Origin: Lophium mytilinum
Taxonomy: Eukaryota
DNA length: 64,000 bases
Assembly (NCBI GenBank): GCA_010093605.1
Contig: MU004185.1
Coordinates: forward strand, 641,334 to 705,333
Reading direction: 5' to 3'
A program made the translations under genes and the position numbers. Shown piece by piece: positions 63,671 to 64,000 of this stretch. The notes beneath the pieces are model-generated. The model was given only the letters and a program-made list of their open reading frames with translations. It made no database searches and had not been told where the DNA came from. How positions within the stretch are numbered: the first letter of the stretch is position 1; every line of letters starts with the position of its first letter.

Positions 63671-64000
63671 TCAGATTCGCACGTAGTCCTGCTGCTGAGA
63701 AAGCCCGAGACCAATAATGTCGGAATCATCATCGATTCCCTCAGAGTCAAAGTCGTCGCTGTCCCCAAAGACCTCCTCATCGCTGGAAATGTCTTGGGAG
63801 TCATCATCGTCCGAGACCGGCAGGCTTCCCGCTGCAGCTGCCTTACTGCGGAGTTGGCTTGCACGATCGACATGGGGAAGACGACACTTCGCATTCCGGC
63901 ACATTCCCTTGTTAGCATAGTCAGGGCACTCAAACATATGACGGTCCGGGCAGTCGACGCCTTTGTCGCAGTATCCGAGGCGACCAAAAGCGCGGCAAAC
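63671..64000 (-). CDS. CCCH zinc-finger protein (ZC3H3-like), C-terminal part
   Basis: CRAFGRLGYCDKGVDCPDRH and CPDYANKGMCRNAKCRLPH, acidic tail; continues beyond the window. Confidence 0.75.
   Translation of the reverse strand, partial: VCRAFGRLGYCDKGVDCPDRHMFECPDYANKGMCRNAKCRLPHVDRASQLRSKAAAAGSLPVSDDDDSQDISSDEEVFGDSDDFDSEGIDDDSDIIGLGLSQQQDYVRI

Noticed and set aside
1..64000. Spliceosomal snRNAs, telomerase RNA template, TPP riboswitch, rRNA, transposons, CRISPR
   Set aside because: A by-eye search for hallmark motifs (U1/U2/U5/U6 cores, TAACCCTAA template, TPP core, transposase/RT motifs) found no convincing match. A covariance-model scan is needed to exclude divergent ncRNAs.

Overview
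Gene-dense, intron-containing DNA from a filamentous ascomycete. The Pezizomycotina assignment is inferred from ~50-nt GT-AG introns with CTRAC branch points and from the gene content. I can support about 24 protein-coding genes, which I spliced by hand: PWP1 (partial), a conserved hypothetical protein, a HET-domain protein, a secreted bacterial-type solute-binding protein, mitochondrial mL54/MRPL37, MPS1 kinase, a thiolase-like protein, an MBOAT/wax-synthase-like acyltransferase, a PHO84-like MFS transporter, a PIR/GPI wall protein, FAN1, an orphan acidic Trp-rich protein, a ZFYVE19-like zinc finger, a CDC1-like phosphoesterase, UBA3, TEL2, a WSS1-like protease, a DUF1776 SDR-like protein, two SEL1-repeat paralogs, PTC7, PRP4, a bZIP factor with a hydrophobic segment and a CCCH zinc-finger protein (partial). 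There is also one intron-containing tRNA-Leu(UAA). No transposon, rRNA or CRISPR array was seen. The best leads are: (i) a disrupted tandem paralog of the orphan gene, missed by the ORF track, whose in-frame TGA aligns with a Trp; (ii) a bZIP with ATF6/CREB3-like architecture; (iii) a duplicated 38-nt motif in a 5' leader; (iv) splicing oddities: a 6-nt microexon in UBA3, a GC-AG intron in TEL2 and a 725-nt intron in a SEL1 gene. Family names come from recalled motifs, not database searches.
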